Assembly (NCBI GenBank): GCA_965205865.1
Contig: CBDBHR010000030.1
Span: 928,001-992,000 of the forward strand
Origin: a bacterium
GTDB taxonomy: Bacteria; SAR324; NAC60-12
Length of the DNA: 64,000 nucleotides
Reading direction: 5' to 3'
The notes below the pieces were generated by a model. It worked only from the letters and a program-made list of their open reading frames with translations. It made no database searches and had not been told where the DNA came from. Made by a program: the position numbers and the translations under genes. Positions 28,696 to 39,737 of the stretch are shown piece by piece; the stretch's first letter is position 1; each line of letters begins with the position of its first letter.

Positions 28696-29631
28696 TCATA
28701 ATACTGCCATTTGTCCCTGCCAGACGTCATGGGTCAGCATGTAATCTTCAATGAATTGGGTGGGGCGCATTTTTTCTTTGGTCCATGCGGGCGCGATCAA
28801 TTCGTCCCATCTCGAGGCAACCGCAACCAAGCGATGGACTGCAATTCGAGGTGATAAGTGTTTCAAAAACACAGACACTTTACGACTGTAATCGTCCAGC
28901 CCCACCGGGTGGAATAAACCTTGGTCGTACAAATCAGCCAAAGGCGTATTTTTCAAAACGTGAAGGTTGTGCAATTTTACGCCGTGAATGCCCAAGTCTG
29001 AAAGCACGCCAGCGGTTTCACCGAGTTGTTGGTCCGTTTCACCAGGGAGTCCGAACATCAGATGGCAACAAATATCGACTTTTGGCAATGATTTTAATTT
29101 TTGAATGGCTTGGATAGAGCATTTACTGTCGTGTCCTCTTGATAAAAAGAGTAACTGTTGATCATCCAGAGTCTGCACGCCTAACTCCACCGAGACAAAA
29201 TGGCTTTCGGAAATATCATCGAGAATTCGTAAAATTCCAGGTGGCAGACAATCGGGACGAGTGCCGACCACAATCCCGATAACGTCGTTCTCCCGCAAAA
29301 CGGAGCGGAACATGGCGGCCAACTCTTTGACCCTCCCGAAGGTATTGGTGTACGATTGAAAATAGACGAGGAATTTTTTTGCCTTGTACCGCTCACGAAT
29401 CGCGTTCTGATGCAAAGCGATTTGTTCTTTCAAGGATTTACCGGCATCGGCATGATAGGCTGCCGCCCCCCATTCATCGCAGAACGTACAAATTTTCATC
29501 CCCTTGATTCCCTGACGGTTGGGGCAGGTTCGCGCTATTGAAACACTGATCTTGTAAACGCGTTGATTGAATAAATGGCGGTAACGTTGGCTTAAAGGAT
29601 AGTATCGTTTATTGTGATCAAACGAAGGCAT
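28696..29631 (-). CDS. Radical SAM protein, YhcC/TIGR01212 family
   Basis: TCPNR...CTFC, YFQSYTNT, GTRPDC and GVKLHNLH motifs. Confidence 0.85.
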   Translation of the reverse strand: MPSFDHNKRYYPLSQRYRHLFNQRVYKISVSIARTCPNRQGIKGMKICTFCDEWGAAAYHADAGKSLKEQIALHQNAIRERYKAKKFLVYFQSYTNTFGRVKELAAMFRSVLRENDVIGIVVGTRPDCLPPGILRILDDISESHFVSVELGVQTLDDQQLLFLSRGHDSKCSIQAIQKLKSLPKVDICCHLMFGLPGETDQQLGETAGVLSDLGIHGVKLHNLHVLKNTPLADLYDQGLFHPVGLDDYSRKVSVFLKHLSPRIAVHRLVAVASRWDELIAPAWTKEKMRPTQFIEDYMLTHDVWQGQMAVL

Positions 29632-29810
29632 CGGATACGCTTGTCTTTCTGGTTCATGACGATTATTTTATGGCAACTGCCGGAAATTTGCTTTCAGTGC
29701 CATGACATCCGCCCCTGGAGTGAAGCAAAAAAAAGAATAGCTCAAAGAGCAACCACTGGCAAGTTGGGATTCGCCAGGAAACAGCAAGACCACTATTTTC
29801 GAGAGGGGAC

Positions 29811-30527
29811 ATGTCCTACCAATTGCCTGAAGATTCTGAAAAAGCAAAATACGTTCAACAAAAATTCAGTGAAATTGCACCCAAATACGATCTTTTCAAT
29901 GATTTGATTACCTGCGGATTGCATCGTTATTGGAAACAATTCGTAGTTCGGCAAGTAGGGGTCATCGCGGGAGGAAGATACCTGGATTTATGCTGCGGTA
30001 CGGCCGACATTGCTCGTCGTCTTCAACATATGATCCCCCAGGGGTCGGTCTTTGCTTTGGATTTTTCCCGAGCCATGCTGGAAATTGCCCGGCAGTCTCG
30101 TTATGCCAGGGGAAGATCAATGATTTTTCTGCAAGCGGATGCCACCCGGATGCCATTCGTAAGCGGATCGATAGATGCAGTGACAATTGGTTATGGATTG
30201 CGCAATGTCAGTGATCTTTCGACTTGCCTTGCCCAAATTCTCAGGGTTCTCAAGCCGGGAGGGGCGTTGGTCAGTCTGGACGTGGGGAAAGTACGAGTGC
30301 CGGTACTTTTCGAGTTGAGCCAGTTTTATCTATTTCAAGTCATTCCCCGTTTGGGAAAGCTCTTGTATCGCCAGCAGGACATGTTTGATTATCTGCCACA
30401 TTCCACGAGCAATTACCCCAATCAGGAAACCCTCAAACAGCTCATGCTAGTCAGTGGGTTCAAACAAGTCGACGTTTTTGATTTTCTTTGGGGCGCTTCC
30501 ACGGTCCACGTGGCCTACAAACCCTGA
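29811..30527 (+). CDS. ubiE: UbiE/MenG quinone C-methyltransferase
   Basis: IAPKYDLFND, LDLCCGTAD, YGLRNV and RVLKPGG motifs. Confidence 0.85.
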   Translation: MSYQLPEDSEKAKYVQQKFSEIAPKYDLFNDLITCGLHRYWKQFVVRQVGVIAGGRYLDLCCGTADIARRLQHMIPQGSVFALDFSRAMLEIARQSRYARGRSMIFLQADATRMPFVSGSIDAVTIGYGLRNVSDLSTCLAQILRVLKPGGALVSLDVGKVRVPVLFELSQFYLFQVIPRLGKLLYRQQDMFDYLPHSTSNYPNQETLKQLMLVSGFKQVDVFDFLWGASTVHVAYKP

Positions 30528-30582
30528 TTGGTATATCAAAAATTGCTCAATTATGGATTTCCGGGGCTTTTACAATACCGGA

Positions 30583-32076
30583 TCAGCTCATCCAGTCGGG
30601 ATTGTTGGGATTGACCCATTTGGTGGTCACCTTTTTGTTTTTGGTCCAAAAAATCATGCCATCTTCTCCAGTGATATCACCCGTACCAAATTTTGAATCA
30701 TTCCATCCCCCAAAGGAAAAAGGTTCACGAGGAACCGGCACTCCGATATTCACTCCAATCATTCCCGAACTGGCATGTTGGGCCAGGTATTCCGCAGGCG
30801 CGCCGGAACAGGTAAAGATGGATGCCGCATTGCCATAGGGACTTTTGTTTTCGATTTCAACCGCCTCTTGTAAGGTATCTACATGGACAATGGAGAGCAC
30901 AGGACCGAATATTTCATCGTGAGCGGCCGGCATTTCCGTGGTTACATTGTCGATGATGGTGGGGCCGACCCAATAGCCATCTTCGCTGCCTTCGATATAA
31001 TTTTCCGGCTTGGCCCGGCGTCCATCCACTGAGATCGTAGCCCCCATTTCTTCCGCCTGACTGATATAAGAATTGATGCGCTCAACACCAGCTTTGTTGA
31101 TGATGGCTCCTTGCTCATGTCCGACCTTGACCGATTCGGCATACTCAACCATTTTGTTGATAATGCTATCACAATTCCCCACGGCGACCATCAGACTGGC
31201 AGCCATGCAACGTTGACCTGCGCAACCGATTGCAGAATTGACGATTTGTGAGGGCGCGTAGTTCAAATTGGCATCCGGCATACAAATCAAATGATTTTTA
31301 GCGCCACCCAGGGCCAGCACCGCTTTGCCCGCCGCAGTCCCTCGTTGATAGACAATTCTTGCCACTTTGGAGGAACCAACGAAACTGATCGCTTCGATAT
31401 CAGCATGATCGCAGATCCCCTCAACCACATCCGCCGATCCACAGACAACATTGAAAACCCCATCGGGTAACCCGGCTTCCCGGAACAATTCACCCATCCG
31501 TAAAGCCGAAAGCGGCACTTGCTCGGAAGGCTTCAGAATCATCGTATTGCCCACCGTCAAAGCAATAGGCACCGTCCACATCGGTACCATAAATGGAAAA
31601 TTGAAAGGCGTGATTGAAGCGACCACTCCCAGAGCTTCACGAACCATGCGGCATGTCACGCCATTGCTCACTTCCTGGAAGTCCCCCGCAATTTTATTGG
31701 GAAGTGAAAGGCCGTATTCCAACACTTCCACTCCTTTCATAATTCCAGCTTCGGATTCGCTCAACAGTTTGCCATTTTCCGTTGAAACCAAATGGCTCAA
31801 CTCTTCTATGTTTTGCTCAATCAATTGTTTGAAACGAAACATGACCTGCACCCGTGCCTTGATATTGGTATCTCTCCAGCCAGGGAATGCCTTTTTCGCG
31901 ACTGCGACCGCCTGGTCCACATCACCCGGAGTGCCGATGGGATATTCGCCAATCACCTCTCCCGTGTAAGGAGTGTAGATCTTTCCATATTGATTGGCGC
32001 CGGATGTTTGATTTTGGCCACCAATCCAGTTTTGAATTCTGCCGAAATCCTTCTTGATTATCACTTCGTTTTTCAT
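30583..32076 (-). CDS. mmsA: CoA-acylating methylmalonate/malonate-semialdehyde dehydrogenase
   Basis: ITPFNFP, KPSE, SFVGS, GGAKNH, GCAGQRCMA and GVPVP motifs. Confidence 0.9.
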   Translation of the reverse strand: MKNEVIIKKDFGRIQNWIGGQNQTSGANQYGKIYTPYTGEVIGEYPIGTPGDVDQAVAVAKKAFPGWRDTNIKARVQVMFRFKQLIEQNIEELSHLVSTENGKLLSESEAGIMKGVEVLEYGLSLPNKIAGDFQEVSNGVTCRMVREALGVVASITPFNFPFMVPMWTVPIALTVGNTMILKPSEQVPLSALRMGELFREAGLPDGVFNVVCGSADVVEGICDHADIEAISFVGSSKVARIVYQRGTAAGKAVLALGGAKNHLICMPDANLNYAPSQIVNSAIGCAGQRCMAASLMVAVGNCDSIINKMVEYAESVKVGHEQGAIINKAGVERINSYISQAEEMGATISVDGRRAKPENYIEGSEDGYWVGPTIIDNVTTEMPAAHDEIFGPVLSIVHVDTLQEAVEIENKSPYGNAASIFTCSGAPAEYLAQHASSGMIGVNIGVPVPREPFSFGGWNDSKFGTGDITGEDGMIFWTKNKKVTTKWVNPNNPDWMS

Positions 32077-32398
32077 GTATCTACCTCATCAGAAAAAGTG
32101 GATTGCTATTTTGTCACCGCTCTTGATTATCGTTTCCTACCACAGGATCGTCTCTTGAAAAAAAACGTATGCCAATGACAGGGAGCAGGAAATTTCGTCT
32201 ACTATTAACCAAATTTCTTGATTTGCCAAGTCATTTTATGGGAAAACAGGCGCTATTGGATGGGCAGTCTATCGAATGGAGGGTCCTTGACCAAGACAAG
32301 TGGATTTTATTATTTCCCTTGATTATTGACTGGCTTTCGGTTTTGATTCAAAGAATGTATTTGAGTTTTGTTAAAGATTTAAGATAAGGAGATGCTGC

Positions 32399-34642
32399 AT
32401 GAAAGCGGATCGCATTGTCAAATCAACTTGCCCGTATTGTGGAGTCGGGTGTCAGGTCTTATTGAACGTCAAGGACAATCACATCTTCCGGGTGGATGCC
32501 CCCTTTGAGGTGGCGCCCAATTATGGACGCTTGTGCGTGAAGGGACGATTTGGCACGGATTACGTCCACCATGCCGGTCGATTGAGCAAACCGTTGATCC
32601 GCAAAAACCAGCAAACACCCGGCAAGCGAACTCCTGCGAAATTTCCGCAGGATTGGCGCGCAGCGACTTGGGAGGAAGCTCTGGATCTGGTAGTAAATCG
32701 GCTGCTCGGGCTTCGCTGGCGCCATGGTCCGGACAGCATTACCACCAATGCCTGCGCAAAGGCTACCAATGAAGACAATTATCTCTTGATGAAATATTTC
32801 CGTAGTATCATTGGTACCAACAATATCGACCATTGTACGCGTTTGTGCCATGCCGGCAGCGTGGCCGCTCTTCAAATGGCGATCAATTCCAGCGCAATGA
32901 GCAATTCCATTGCTGAAATGAAAGATTTGGAATGTTTCATCGTGACTGGCGCCAATCCTGCGGAAAACCACCCGGTGATCGCTACCTTTCTCAAACAGGC
33001 AGTGACCCAAAATGACGCCAAATTGATAGTGATCGATCCCCGCCGTACCGAAATGGTGGAATTTGCGCAATTATGGTTGCAGCAAAATCCGGAAACCGAT
33101 ACCGCTTTGTTCAATGCCATGGCCCATGTCGTGGTTCATGAGAATTTGTATGACAAAGATTTTGTTGCCAAACGGACAGAAGGGTTTGAGGAATATCTCC
33201 TGAGTCTGCAGGAAAAAACTCCCGAATGGGCTGAATCCATCACAGGGGTAGCAGCCGGAGACATTCGACAGGCAGCTCGTATTTATGCTAAGGCGAAGGC
33301 GGCTTCAATTTACTGGGGAATGGGGATCAGTCAAAGTGTTCATGGAACCGACAATGCCTTAACCCTCATCAATCTGGCCTTATTATGTGGCCATATCGGG
33401 CGTCCTGGAACCGGGTTGAATCCTCTGCGGGGCCAGAACAACGTGCAAGGTTGCTCCGATTCCGGTGGCATGCCGACGGTTTACACGGCTTATCAAGAAG
33501 TCGCCGATGCGGCAGTGCGAGAAAAGTTCGAACAGGTCTGGCACGCTCTCCTGCCTGCTGAGCCCGGACTTACGACCACCGAAATGGTGGATGGAGCGCT
33601 TGCCGGGACAGTCAAAGCATGGTACGTGATGGGGGAAAATCCCCTCATGAGCGAACCCGACCTCAATCATGCGCGCAAAGCCGTGGAACAACTGGACTTC
33701 TTTGTGGCGCAGGATATTTTTTTCAATGAAACCAATGTCTATGCCGACGTCCTGCTCCCCGCTGCCGCCTTTGCTGAAAAGGATGGCACCTTCACCAACT
33801 CGGACCGCCGCGTTCAGCGAGTTCGTCAGGCAGTGACACCTCCCGGAGAGGCGCGGGCGGACTGGCAAATCATCAGTGAGGTTGCTCGACGGACGATTGA
33901 TAAGATTATCCGGCAAGCCAACGATCACCCGGACGCATCCTGTCGAAAATTAGACAGGACCATTTACCAGAATGCCAATAAAATGCTGGCGGACTGGGAA
34001 TACGGCGACCCAGGCGCTATTTGGGAAGAAATGCGGGAAGTCACTGAACCTTTTTATGGCATCACTTATCAGCGACTGGAGCAGGAAGGGGGCATCCATT
34101 GGCCCTGTCCAACTCTTGACCATCCCGGATCACCTTTTCTCTTTGAAGAAGAATTCCCCCGTGGACGGGGCAAGTTCTTTGCGGTGGAATACAGCAATGA
34201 AAGTGAAGTCGTGGATGAAGATTATCCAATGCTCCTGAGCACCGGTCGTTTATTGTACCACTGGCATGGTACCATGTCACGTTCATCCTCCCTGGACAAA
34301 ATCTGGCCGGAATGCACGGTGGAAATGAACCCCAACGACGCCGCAAAGTATGGCTTTGAAATGGGAGAGTGGGTGGATGTTTCCAGTAGACGGGGAGCGA
34401 TCACTGCGCGGCTTCTGGTTACAAAGCGTTCTCCGCAAGGAGCGATTTTCATTCCATTCCATTTTGTAGAAGCAGCCGCCAACACATTGACCAATAATTT
34501 GATCGATAAAATTGCCAAGATTCCTGATTATAAGATTTGTGCCGTGAAAGTGGAGCGCGCAAAAAAAATTCCAATCGACCGGGACGGTGCGGATATTCCC
34601 TTGCAAAAGCGGGGAGCCATTAAAGACTTAGTACCAGACTGA
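32399..34642 (+). CDS. Formate dehydrogenase alpha (Mo/W-bis-PGD) subunit, Cys type
   Basis: CPYCGVGC, CVKG, NNIDHCTRLCH, LRGQNNVQG and EKDGTFTN motifs. Confidence 0.9.
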   Translation: MKADRIVKSTCPYCGVGCQVLLNVKDNHIFRVDAPFEVAPNYGRLCVKGRFGTDYVHHAGRLSKPLIRKNQQTPGKRTPAKFPQDWRAATWEEALDLVVNRLLGLRWRHGPDSITTNACAKATNEDNYLLMKYFRSIIGTNNIDHCTRLCHAGSVAALQMAINSSAMSNSIAEMKDLECFIVTGANPAENHPVIATFLKQAVTQNDAKLIVIDPRRTEMVEFAQLWLQQNPETDTALFNAMAHVVVHENLYDKDFVAKRTEGFEEYLLSLQEKTPEWAESITGVAAGDIRQAARIYAKAKAASIYWGMGISQSVHGTDNALTLINLALLCGHIGRPGTGLNPLRGQNNVQGCSDSGGMPTVYTAYQEVADAAVREKFEQVWHALLPAEPGLTTTEMVDGALAGTVKAWYVMGENPLMSEPDLNHARKAVEQLDFFVAQDIFFNETNVYADVLLPAAAFAEKDGTFTNSDRRVQRVRQAVTPPGEARADWQIISEVARRTIDKIIRQANDHPDASCRKLDRTIYQNANKMLADWEYGDPGAIWEEMREVTEPFYGITYQRLEQEGGIHWPCPTLDHPGSPFLFEEEFPRGRGKFFAVEYSNESEVVDEDYPMLLSTGRLLYHWHGTMSRSSSLDKIWPECTVEMNPNDAAKYGFEMGEWVDVSSRRGAITARLLVTKRSPQGAIFIPFHFVEAAANTLTNNLIDKIAKIPDYKICAVKVERAKKIPIDRDGADIPLQKRGAIKDLVPD

Positions 34643-34643
34643 G

Positions 34644-34692
34644 AAAAGAATCCCCCTCCCCTTGAGGGAGGGGCTAGGGGAGGGGTAATTTG
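34644..34692. repeat. 49-bp intergenic hairpin repeat, copy 1
   Basis: AAAAGAATCCCCCTCCCCTTGAGGGAGGGGCTAGGG.AGGGGTAATTTG; one mismatch to 36826-36874. Confidence 0.9.
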
Positions 34693-34703
34693 TAGGATGA
34701 GAG

Positions 34704-36827
34704 ATGAATGAATTGGAAAAATTCGCGGCAGACCTCCGTGAAAATCGCATCAGTCGCGCCAGTCTTTTTTGGCTGCGTGTTTTTGCGCAAAATGCTCGAG
34801 ATGGCATCATGCGTTCCGATGCCTGGGTGGCAGCAGGTTTGCGGCAGGGTTCCGTCATTTCTGGCCTGGATGCTGCCAGTAGCAGCCCCCGCTTGGCTTT
34901 ATTGACGAACTACGATCTTTTCCAGGCAGTCCGCATGAAAGACCAAAAGCTGTTCTCCGGCAAAGAGTTGAATTCCCTGGATTGGAATCGGAAATACGAG
35001 TTGAGTCTCCTGCCCGGAGTCCGGGAGGTTGATGAGACCTTGGAGAAATGGATTGAAAAGCTGTGGGACGAAGTTGGACCGGTTTCTCCCCGGGACCGGG
35101 CTTTGGAAAAATTGTTACGGGCGCCGGCATCCATCTGGGGAAAAAACATTCCGAAACGCTCGCTTCTTCCGGAGATCTTGCATGAAGCCCAAGCTATTTA
35201 TGAGGGCTGGCTATCCCGTGCGGTGCTCACACGGATTGCCAGGGCACTCAAACTGCCGCTCTCGGACGTCTACGGAGTGACCGAATTTTTCACCATGTTT
35301 TATACCAAGCCTGTTGGCAGAAAAGTGTTACGGATATGCGAAGATGCAGCTTGCAATCTGAAGGGGTCTGCAGCCATCCAAAAGGCGCTTTGCCATCGCT
35401 TAAACATTCAGCCTGGTGAAACGACGGCAGATGGCGAATTTACGATTGAACCCATACGCTGTTTGGGACTTTGCGATCATGCCCCGGCAGCCTTGGTGAA
35501 CCATACCCGCCATTTTGGACTGTCCGCAGAGACCATCGATGTTTTGCTGACCAACAAACCTGCCCATGATCAGCAACTGAACAAAGGGGGAGGCCTGGTT
35601 AAAATTGCGCTGGCCAATATCAATGTGATCGACCCGGGAAGTTTGAAAGACTATCAAGCCCAGGGAGGATTGGCTGCCTTGCGGAAAGTACTGCAGACAC
35701 TCAGCCCGGAGCAGGTGATTGAAACGGTCAAAGCCAGTAAACTGGTGGGACGCGGAGGGGCGGCTTTTCCCACCGGTTTGAAGTGGCAATTCACTGCCAA
35801 CAACCCACCGGGTCCTCGCTACGTGATTTGCAACGCCGATGAAAGCGAGGTTGGGGCATTCAAAGACCGGGTTCTGTTGGATGGCGACCCTTTCCGTATC
35901 ATCGAAGGGCTGCTCATTGCCTGCTATGCGGTGGGGGCCAGCGAGGGGTACATTTATATTCGGGGCGAGCACCGTTTGAGTTACGAACGATTCGTTCATG
36001 CAGTAGCGGTGCTGGAACAGGAAGGATGGTTGGGTGAGCGAATTGCGGGCAGTGAATTCAATTGTAACGTGGCTGTGCGGCGCGGTGCCGGTGCTTACAT
36101 TTGTGGAGAAGAAACGGCTTTGATGGAAGCCTTGGAGGGAAAACGGGGGTTTCCTCGCCTACGTCCTCCTTTTCCCACTACTCATGGTTTATGGGGCAAA
36201 CCCACGGTGATTAATAATGTGGAAACCTTGTCGAAAATCCCTGCTATCATCATGCATGGCGGTCAATGGTACAGCACGCTGGGCACTGCTGAATCGGTAG
36301 GAACCAAGCTTTTTTCCGTCAGTGGTTCCGTCGAAAGGCCGGGTGTTTATGAAGTGCCCTTTGGAGTTCCGTTGCGACATTTGATTTACGATCTGGCAGG
36401 AGGTCCTCCCGCAGACCGAGAATTATTGGCCATTCTGACAGGTGGGGCTGCCGGTACTTTTTTGAAACCGGAACACCTGGAGACGCCTATTTCCTATGAA
36501 GATTTCAAACTGGTCGATGGGACTATTGGGGCTGGAACGATAATTGTTTTTGATGAAACGGTAGATTTGAGACATGTGTTGAGTAGCATCAGTGATTTCT
36601 TTGCCCATGAAAGCTGTGGCAAATGTTATCCCTGTCAAATCGGAAGTCAGCGACAAGCCGAGATTCTGCAACGCATCGAACAGGGGCGGGGTGACAATGC
36701 GGATACGGACACTTTACTCGAGCTGGCCCAAGTGATGGCGGATACCAGTATCTGCGGTTTGGGTCAATCTGCCGGATGGGCCACTGTCGACGCTATCAAA
36801 CGCTGGCCGGATTTGTTGTCACGATAA
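34704..36827 (+). CDS. NuoE-NuoF fusion (diaphorase subunit of an NAD-linked FDH) with an extra N-terminal region
   Basis: CEDAAC, CLGLC, GRGGAAFPTG, NADESE, GAGAYICGEET and HESCGKCYPC motifs. Confidence 0.9.
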   Translation: MNELEKFAADLRENRISRASLFWLRVFAQNARDGIMRSDAWVAAGLRQGSVISGLDAASSSPRLALLTNYDLFQAVRMKDQKLFSGKELNSLDWNRKYELSLLPGVREVDETLEKWIEKLWDEVGPVSPRDRALEKLLRAPASIWGKNIPKRSLLPEILHEAQAIYEGWLSRAVLTRIARALKLPLSDVYGVTEFFTMFYTKPVGRKVLRICEDAACNLKGSAAIQKALCHRLNIQPGETTADGEFTIEPIRCLGLCDHAPAALVNHTRHFGLSAETIDVLLTNKPAHDQQLNKGGGLVKIALANINVIDPGSLKDYQAQGGLAALRKVLQTLSPEQVIETVKASKLVGRGGAAFPTGLKWQFTANNPPGPRYVICNADESEVGAFKDRVLLDGDPFRIIEGLLIACYAVGASEGYIYIRGEHRLSYERFVHAVAVLEQEGWLGERIAGSEFNCNVAVRRGAGAYICGEETALMEALEGKRGFPRLRPPFPTTHGLWGKPTVINNVETLSKIPAIIMHGGQWYSTLGTAESVGTKLFSVSGSVERPGVYEVPFGVPLRHLIYDLAGGPPADRELLAILTGGAAGTFLKPEHLETPISYEDFKLVDGTIGAGTIIVFDETVDLRHVLSSISDFFAHESCGKCYPCQIGSQRQAEILQRIEQGRGDNADTDTLLELAQVMADTSICGLGQSAGWATVDAIKRWPDLLSR

Positions 36828-36874
36828 AAGAATCCCCCTCCCCTTGAGGGAGGGGCTAGGGTAGGGGTAATTTG
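36826..36874. repeat. 49-bp intergenic hairpin repeat, copy 2
   Basis: Near-identical to 34644-34692. Confidence 0.9.
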
Positions 36875-36884
36875 AGGGAAAAAC

Positions 36885-37535
36885 ATGGAAACTACTATAA
36901 CTCTGACTATTGACGGTCAAACGGTCACTGTCCCGGAAGGCAGTACAATTCTGAAGGCTGCCAACTCCTTGAATATCAATATTCCCACCATCTGCTTCCA
37001 TCCTTCCCTGACCCCCCCTGCGATTTGCCGGGTCTGTACCGTTGAAGTAGAAAAACAGCGCGTGCTACAACCTGCTTGCGTGGTTCCTGTAAGCCAAGGG
37101 ATGGTCGTCAGGACCGATACGGAACGGGTTCAATCGGGTCATAAAGTGATTTTGGAATTGCTCGCATCTGCGGTTGATCTGAAGGAAGCTCCGGAAATAC
37201 AGGAGCAAATCCAGCGATTTCAAGCCGATAGTCAACGTTTCAGTGGAGGGGTGAAGCGTGAATTTGAAGTGATGGAAGACAATCCTTTCTACATTCGCGA
37301 CTATTCTCAGTGCATCATGTGCTGGCGATGTATTCAAGTGTGTGCTGAGGACGTGCAAAATACCTTTGCCTTGACATGGGGCAAACGCGGCATCGAAAGC
37401 CATGTCTCAACTTTCCTGGAAGAAGAGATGCCGAGCACGACTTGTGTTTTTTGTGGAAATTGCGTGGGTGTCTGTCCCACCGGCGCGCTCAAAGGATTGA
37501 TTGAGTATAGGGCAGATCAGAAAAAAAAAGAGTGA
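36885..37535 (+). CDS. 2Fe-2S/4Fe-4S subunit (NuoG/FdsA N-terminal-like)
   Basis: [21 protein letters not shown] and [12 protein letters not shown] motifs. Confidence 0.9.
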   Translation: METTITLTIDGQTVTVPEGSTILKAANSLNINIPTICFHPSLTPPAICRVCTVEVEKQRVLQPACVVPVSQGMVVRTDTERVQSGHKVILELLASAVDLKEAPEIQEQIQRFQADSQRFSGGVKREFEVMEDNPFYIRDYSQCIMCWRCIQVCAEDVQNTFALTWGKRGIESHVSTFLEEEMPSTTCVFCGNCVGVCPTGALKGLIEYRADQKKKE

Positions 37536-37543
37536 AGGGAGGT

Positions 37544-37561
37544 CCCGCCGCATAAAGCGGG
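37544..37561. terminator. Hairpin between convergent genes
   Basis: CCCGC...GCGGG inverted repeat; no clear U-tract. Confidence 0.3.
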
Positions 37562-37600
37562 TGAGATACCCATTCTACGGTCAGGTTATGGAATCTTATA

Positions 37601-38350
37601 TCAATGTTGAAGAATCTGACTGAGAAAGAGTTTGGTACGGTCGTGTTGCGGGTTTTCAAAAAATTCGTGGGGTTCATTCTCTTCGATAATCTCTCCTCCA
37701 TCCATGAAAATCACCCGGTTTGCCACGGTTTTGGCAAAACCCATCTCGTGGGTGACCGCAATCATGGTCATGCCGGTATCAGCCAATTCTACCATCACCT
37801 CCAGCACTTCCTTGATCATTTCCGGGTCCAACGCCGACGTCGGTTCGTCGAACAGCATGATATTGGGATTCATGCAGAGACTGCGGGCAATGGCTACACG
37901 CTGTTGCTGACCTCCTGAAATCTGACCGGGATATTTTTGGGCCTGTTCCGGAATCCTGACGCGCTCCAGATATTGCATAGCGATTTCTTCGGCTTCCGTT
38001 TTGGGAAGGTTGCGTACCCAGATGGGCGCGAGGGTGCAGTTTTCCAGGTTCGTGAGATGGGGAAAGAGATTGAAGCTCTGGAAAACCATACCCACTTCCC
38101 TGCGGATTTTTTCAATATTCTTCAAATTACCGGTCAACTCGATACCATCGACGATAATCTGCCCTTTTTGATGCTCTTCCAGACGGTTGATGCAACGAAT
38201 CAAAGTAGATTTCCCGGATCCGGAAGGACCACAAATCACGATACGTTCCTGTCTTTTGATATTCAAACTGATATTTTTCAAGACGTGGAACTCGCCATAC
38301 CATTTGTGCATTCCGATGATTTGAATGATATTATCCGCTACCGTAGCCAT
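37601..38350 (-). CDS. aapP: General L-amino acid ABC transporter ATP-binding protein
   Basis: [17 protein letters not shown] and [10 protein letters not shown] motifs. Confidence 0.9.
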   Translation of the reverse strand: MATVADNIIQIIGMHKWYGEFHVLKNISLNIKRQERIVICGPSGSGKSTLIRCINRLEEHQKGQIIVDGIELTGNLKNIEKIRREVGMVFQSFNLFPHLTNLENCTLAPIWVRNLPKTEAEEIAMQYLERVRIPEQAQKYPGQISGGQQQRVAIARSLCMNPNIMLFDEPTSALDPEMIKEVLEVMVELADTGMTMIAVTHEMGFAKTVANRVIFMDGGEIIEENEPHEFFENPQHDRTKLFLSQILQH

Positions 38351-38450
38351 GTGATCCTTTTTTCCGTTGTGTAAGTCAGTTTGACCCTGCCCACCTCAGG
38401 CTGAATACTTTTTGGTGAGTGGAGTCGAATCATCTCCGGGCTTCTGATTG

Positions 38451-39737
38451 CTATAAGCCCGTATTCAGTTTTTTCTCCAAATAAAGGGAGTATCTTGACA
38501 TGCTGAAACAACATATCCAGAAAAAGAAGGCGACAAACAGATACACTTCATTTGCCAGTCCCGCCCAATCGGCATCGGAGAGAGAAGTACGTCCCAGACC
38601 CAGAATATCCAGCATGCCGATGATCAATACCAGCGTAGTATCTTTGAACAGCGCAATGAAGGTATTGACGATTCCCGGGATTGAAATTTTCAATGCTTGG
38701 GGCAGAATGATCAACCACATGGCCTGCCAATACTTCAACCCTAAAGAATCGGCTGCTTCGAATTGCCCCTTTGGAATCCCTTGGAGCGCTCCACGAATCA
38801 CTTCAGCAATATAGCTGGATGAAAAGAGCGTCACCATAATCAGGACGCGCATGAGCAAATCAAAATGAGTGCCTGGGGGGAGAAAATAATTGAGCATGGT
38901 CGAGGCAATGAACAAAAGCGTAATCAATGGAACGCCTCGAATGAATTCAATGAAGATCACGCAGATCATCTTCAAAACAGGGAAATGAGAGGTTCGCCCA
39001 AGTGCCAGCACGATACCAATGGGCAGAGAGAACGAAATTCCCGTGACTCCCAGGACAATCGTCAACATGATGCCTCCAAATTGATCGCTATCAACGATCG
39101 GTAATTCGAAGCCGCTTAAAAGGGAAAAAACAAAATCTATGAGAAACCAGAAAATGCCATAATATACGAAATACCACCACCATCTGAATTTTCTCCCTTG
39201 CAGTCCTGCAACCGGGGGAACAAGGAATAATATGAGGAGCACGAAGAATGAAAATATCGAAGAATCACCTTTGAGGAGCCAAGCCGCGATAAAGGGAAAA
39301 GCAGCCGCGTAGATGAGTCCATATTTCCTCCCCGGGGTCTTATCGAAAAGGATGGGGATCACCGCTACAATCAGGAGAATGAACGAAAGATTGACACGCC
39401 AACGCTCCGCTTCCGGAAAAAAACCATAAATGAAAAGATTGATCCGATTTTGAATGAAGGCCCAACACGCCCCTTGTCCGGGAGAAGCCATTTTTTCCCA
39501 ACATTCCTTGCGAGAGTCGGCTGTCCAGATGGAGTCAAACACCACCCACTCCAGGATAGGAGGAATAGTGAACCAGATCAACGCAATCCCCAGAATAGTG
39601 AGCAGGATATTGGAAGGGGAGGAAAAGAGGTTTTTTCGTATCCAACCTATGGCACCGGTTGTTTTCACCGGTGGTGGTAAATCCGGATGCGTTCCGGGAG
39701 CATACTCCTGGTTTGTTGATGGGTCATCCCGCAGCAT
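38451..39737 (-). CDS. aapM: General L-amino acid ABC transporter permease
   Basis: WIRKNLFSS, GACWAF, RGVPLI and KDTTLV motifs. Confidence 0.88.
   Translation of the reverse strand: MLRDDPSTNQEYAPGTHPDLPPPVKTTGAIGWIRKNLFSSPSNILLTILGIALIWFTIPPILEWVVFDSIWTADSRKECWEKMASPGQGACWAFIQNRINLFIYGFFPEAERWRVNLSFILLIVAVIPILFDKTPGRKYGLIYAAAFPFIAAWLLKGDSSIFSFFVLLILFLVPPVAGLQGRKFRWWWYFVYYGIFWFLIDFVFSLLSGFELPIVDSDQFGGIMLTIVLGVTGISFSLPIGIVLALGRTSHFPVLKMICVIFIEFIRGVPLITLLFIASTMLNYFLPPGTHFDLLMRVLIMVTLFSSSYIAEVIRGALQGIPKGQFEAADSLGLKYWQAMWLIILPQALKISIPGIVNTFIALFKDTTLVLIIGMLDILGLGRTSLSDADWAGLANEVYLFVAFFFWICCFSMSRYSLYLEKKLNTGL

Noticed and set aside
32820..32860. Selenocysteine in the formate dehydrogenase active site
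   Set aside because: The codon is TGC (Cys) in RLCH; there is no in-frame TGA.
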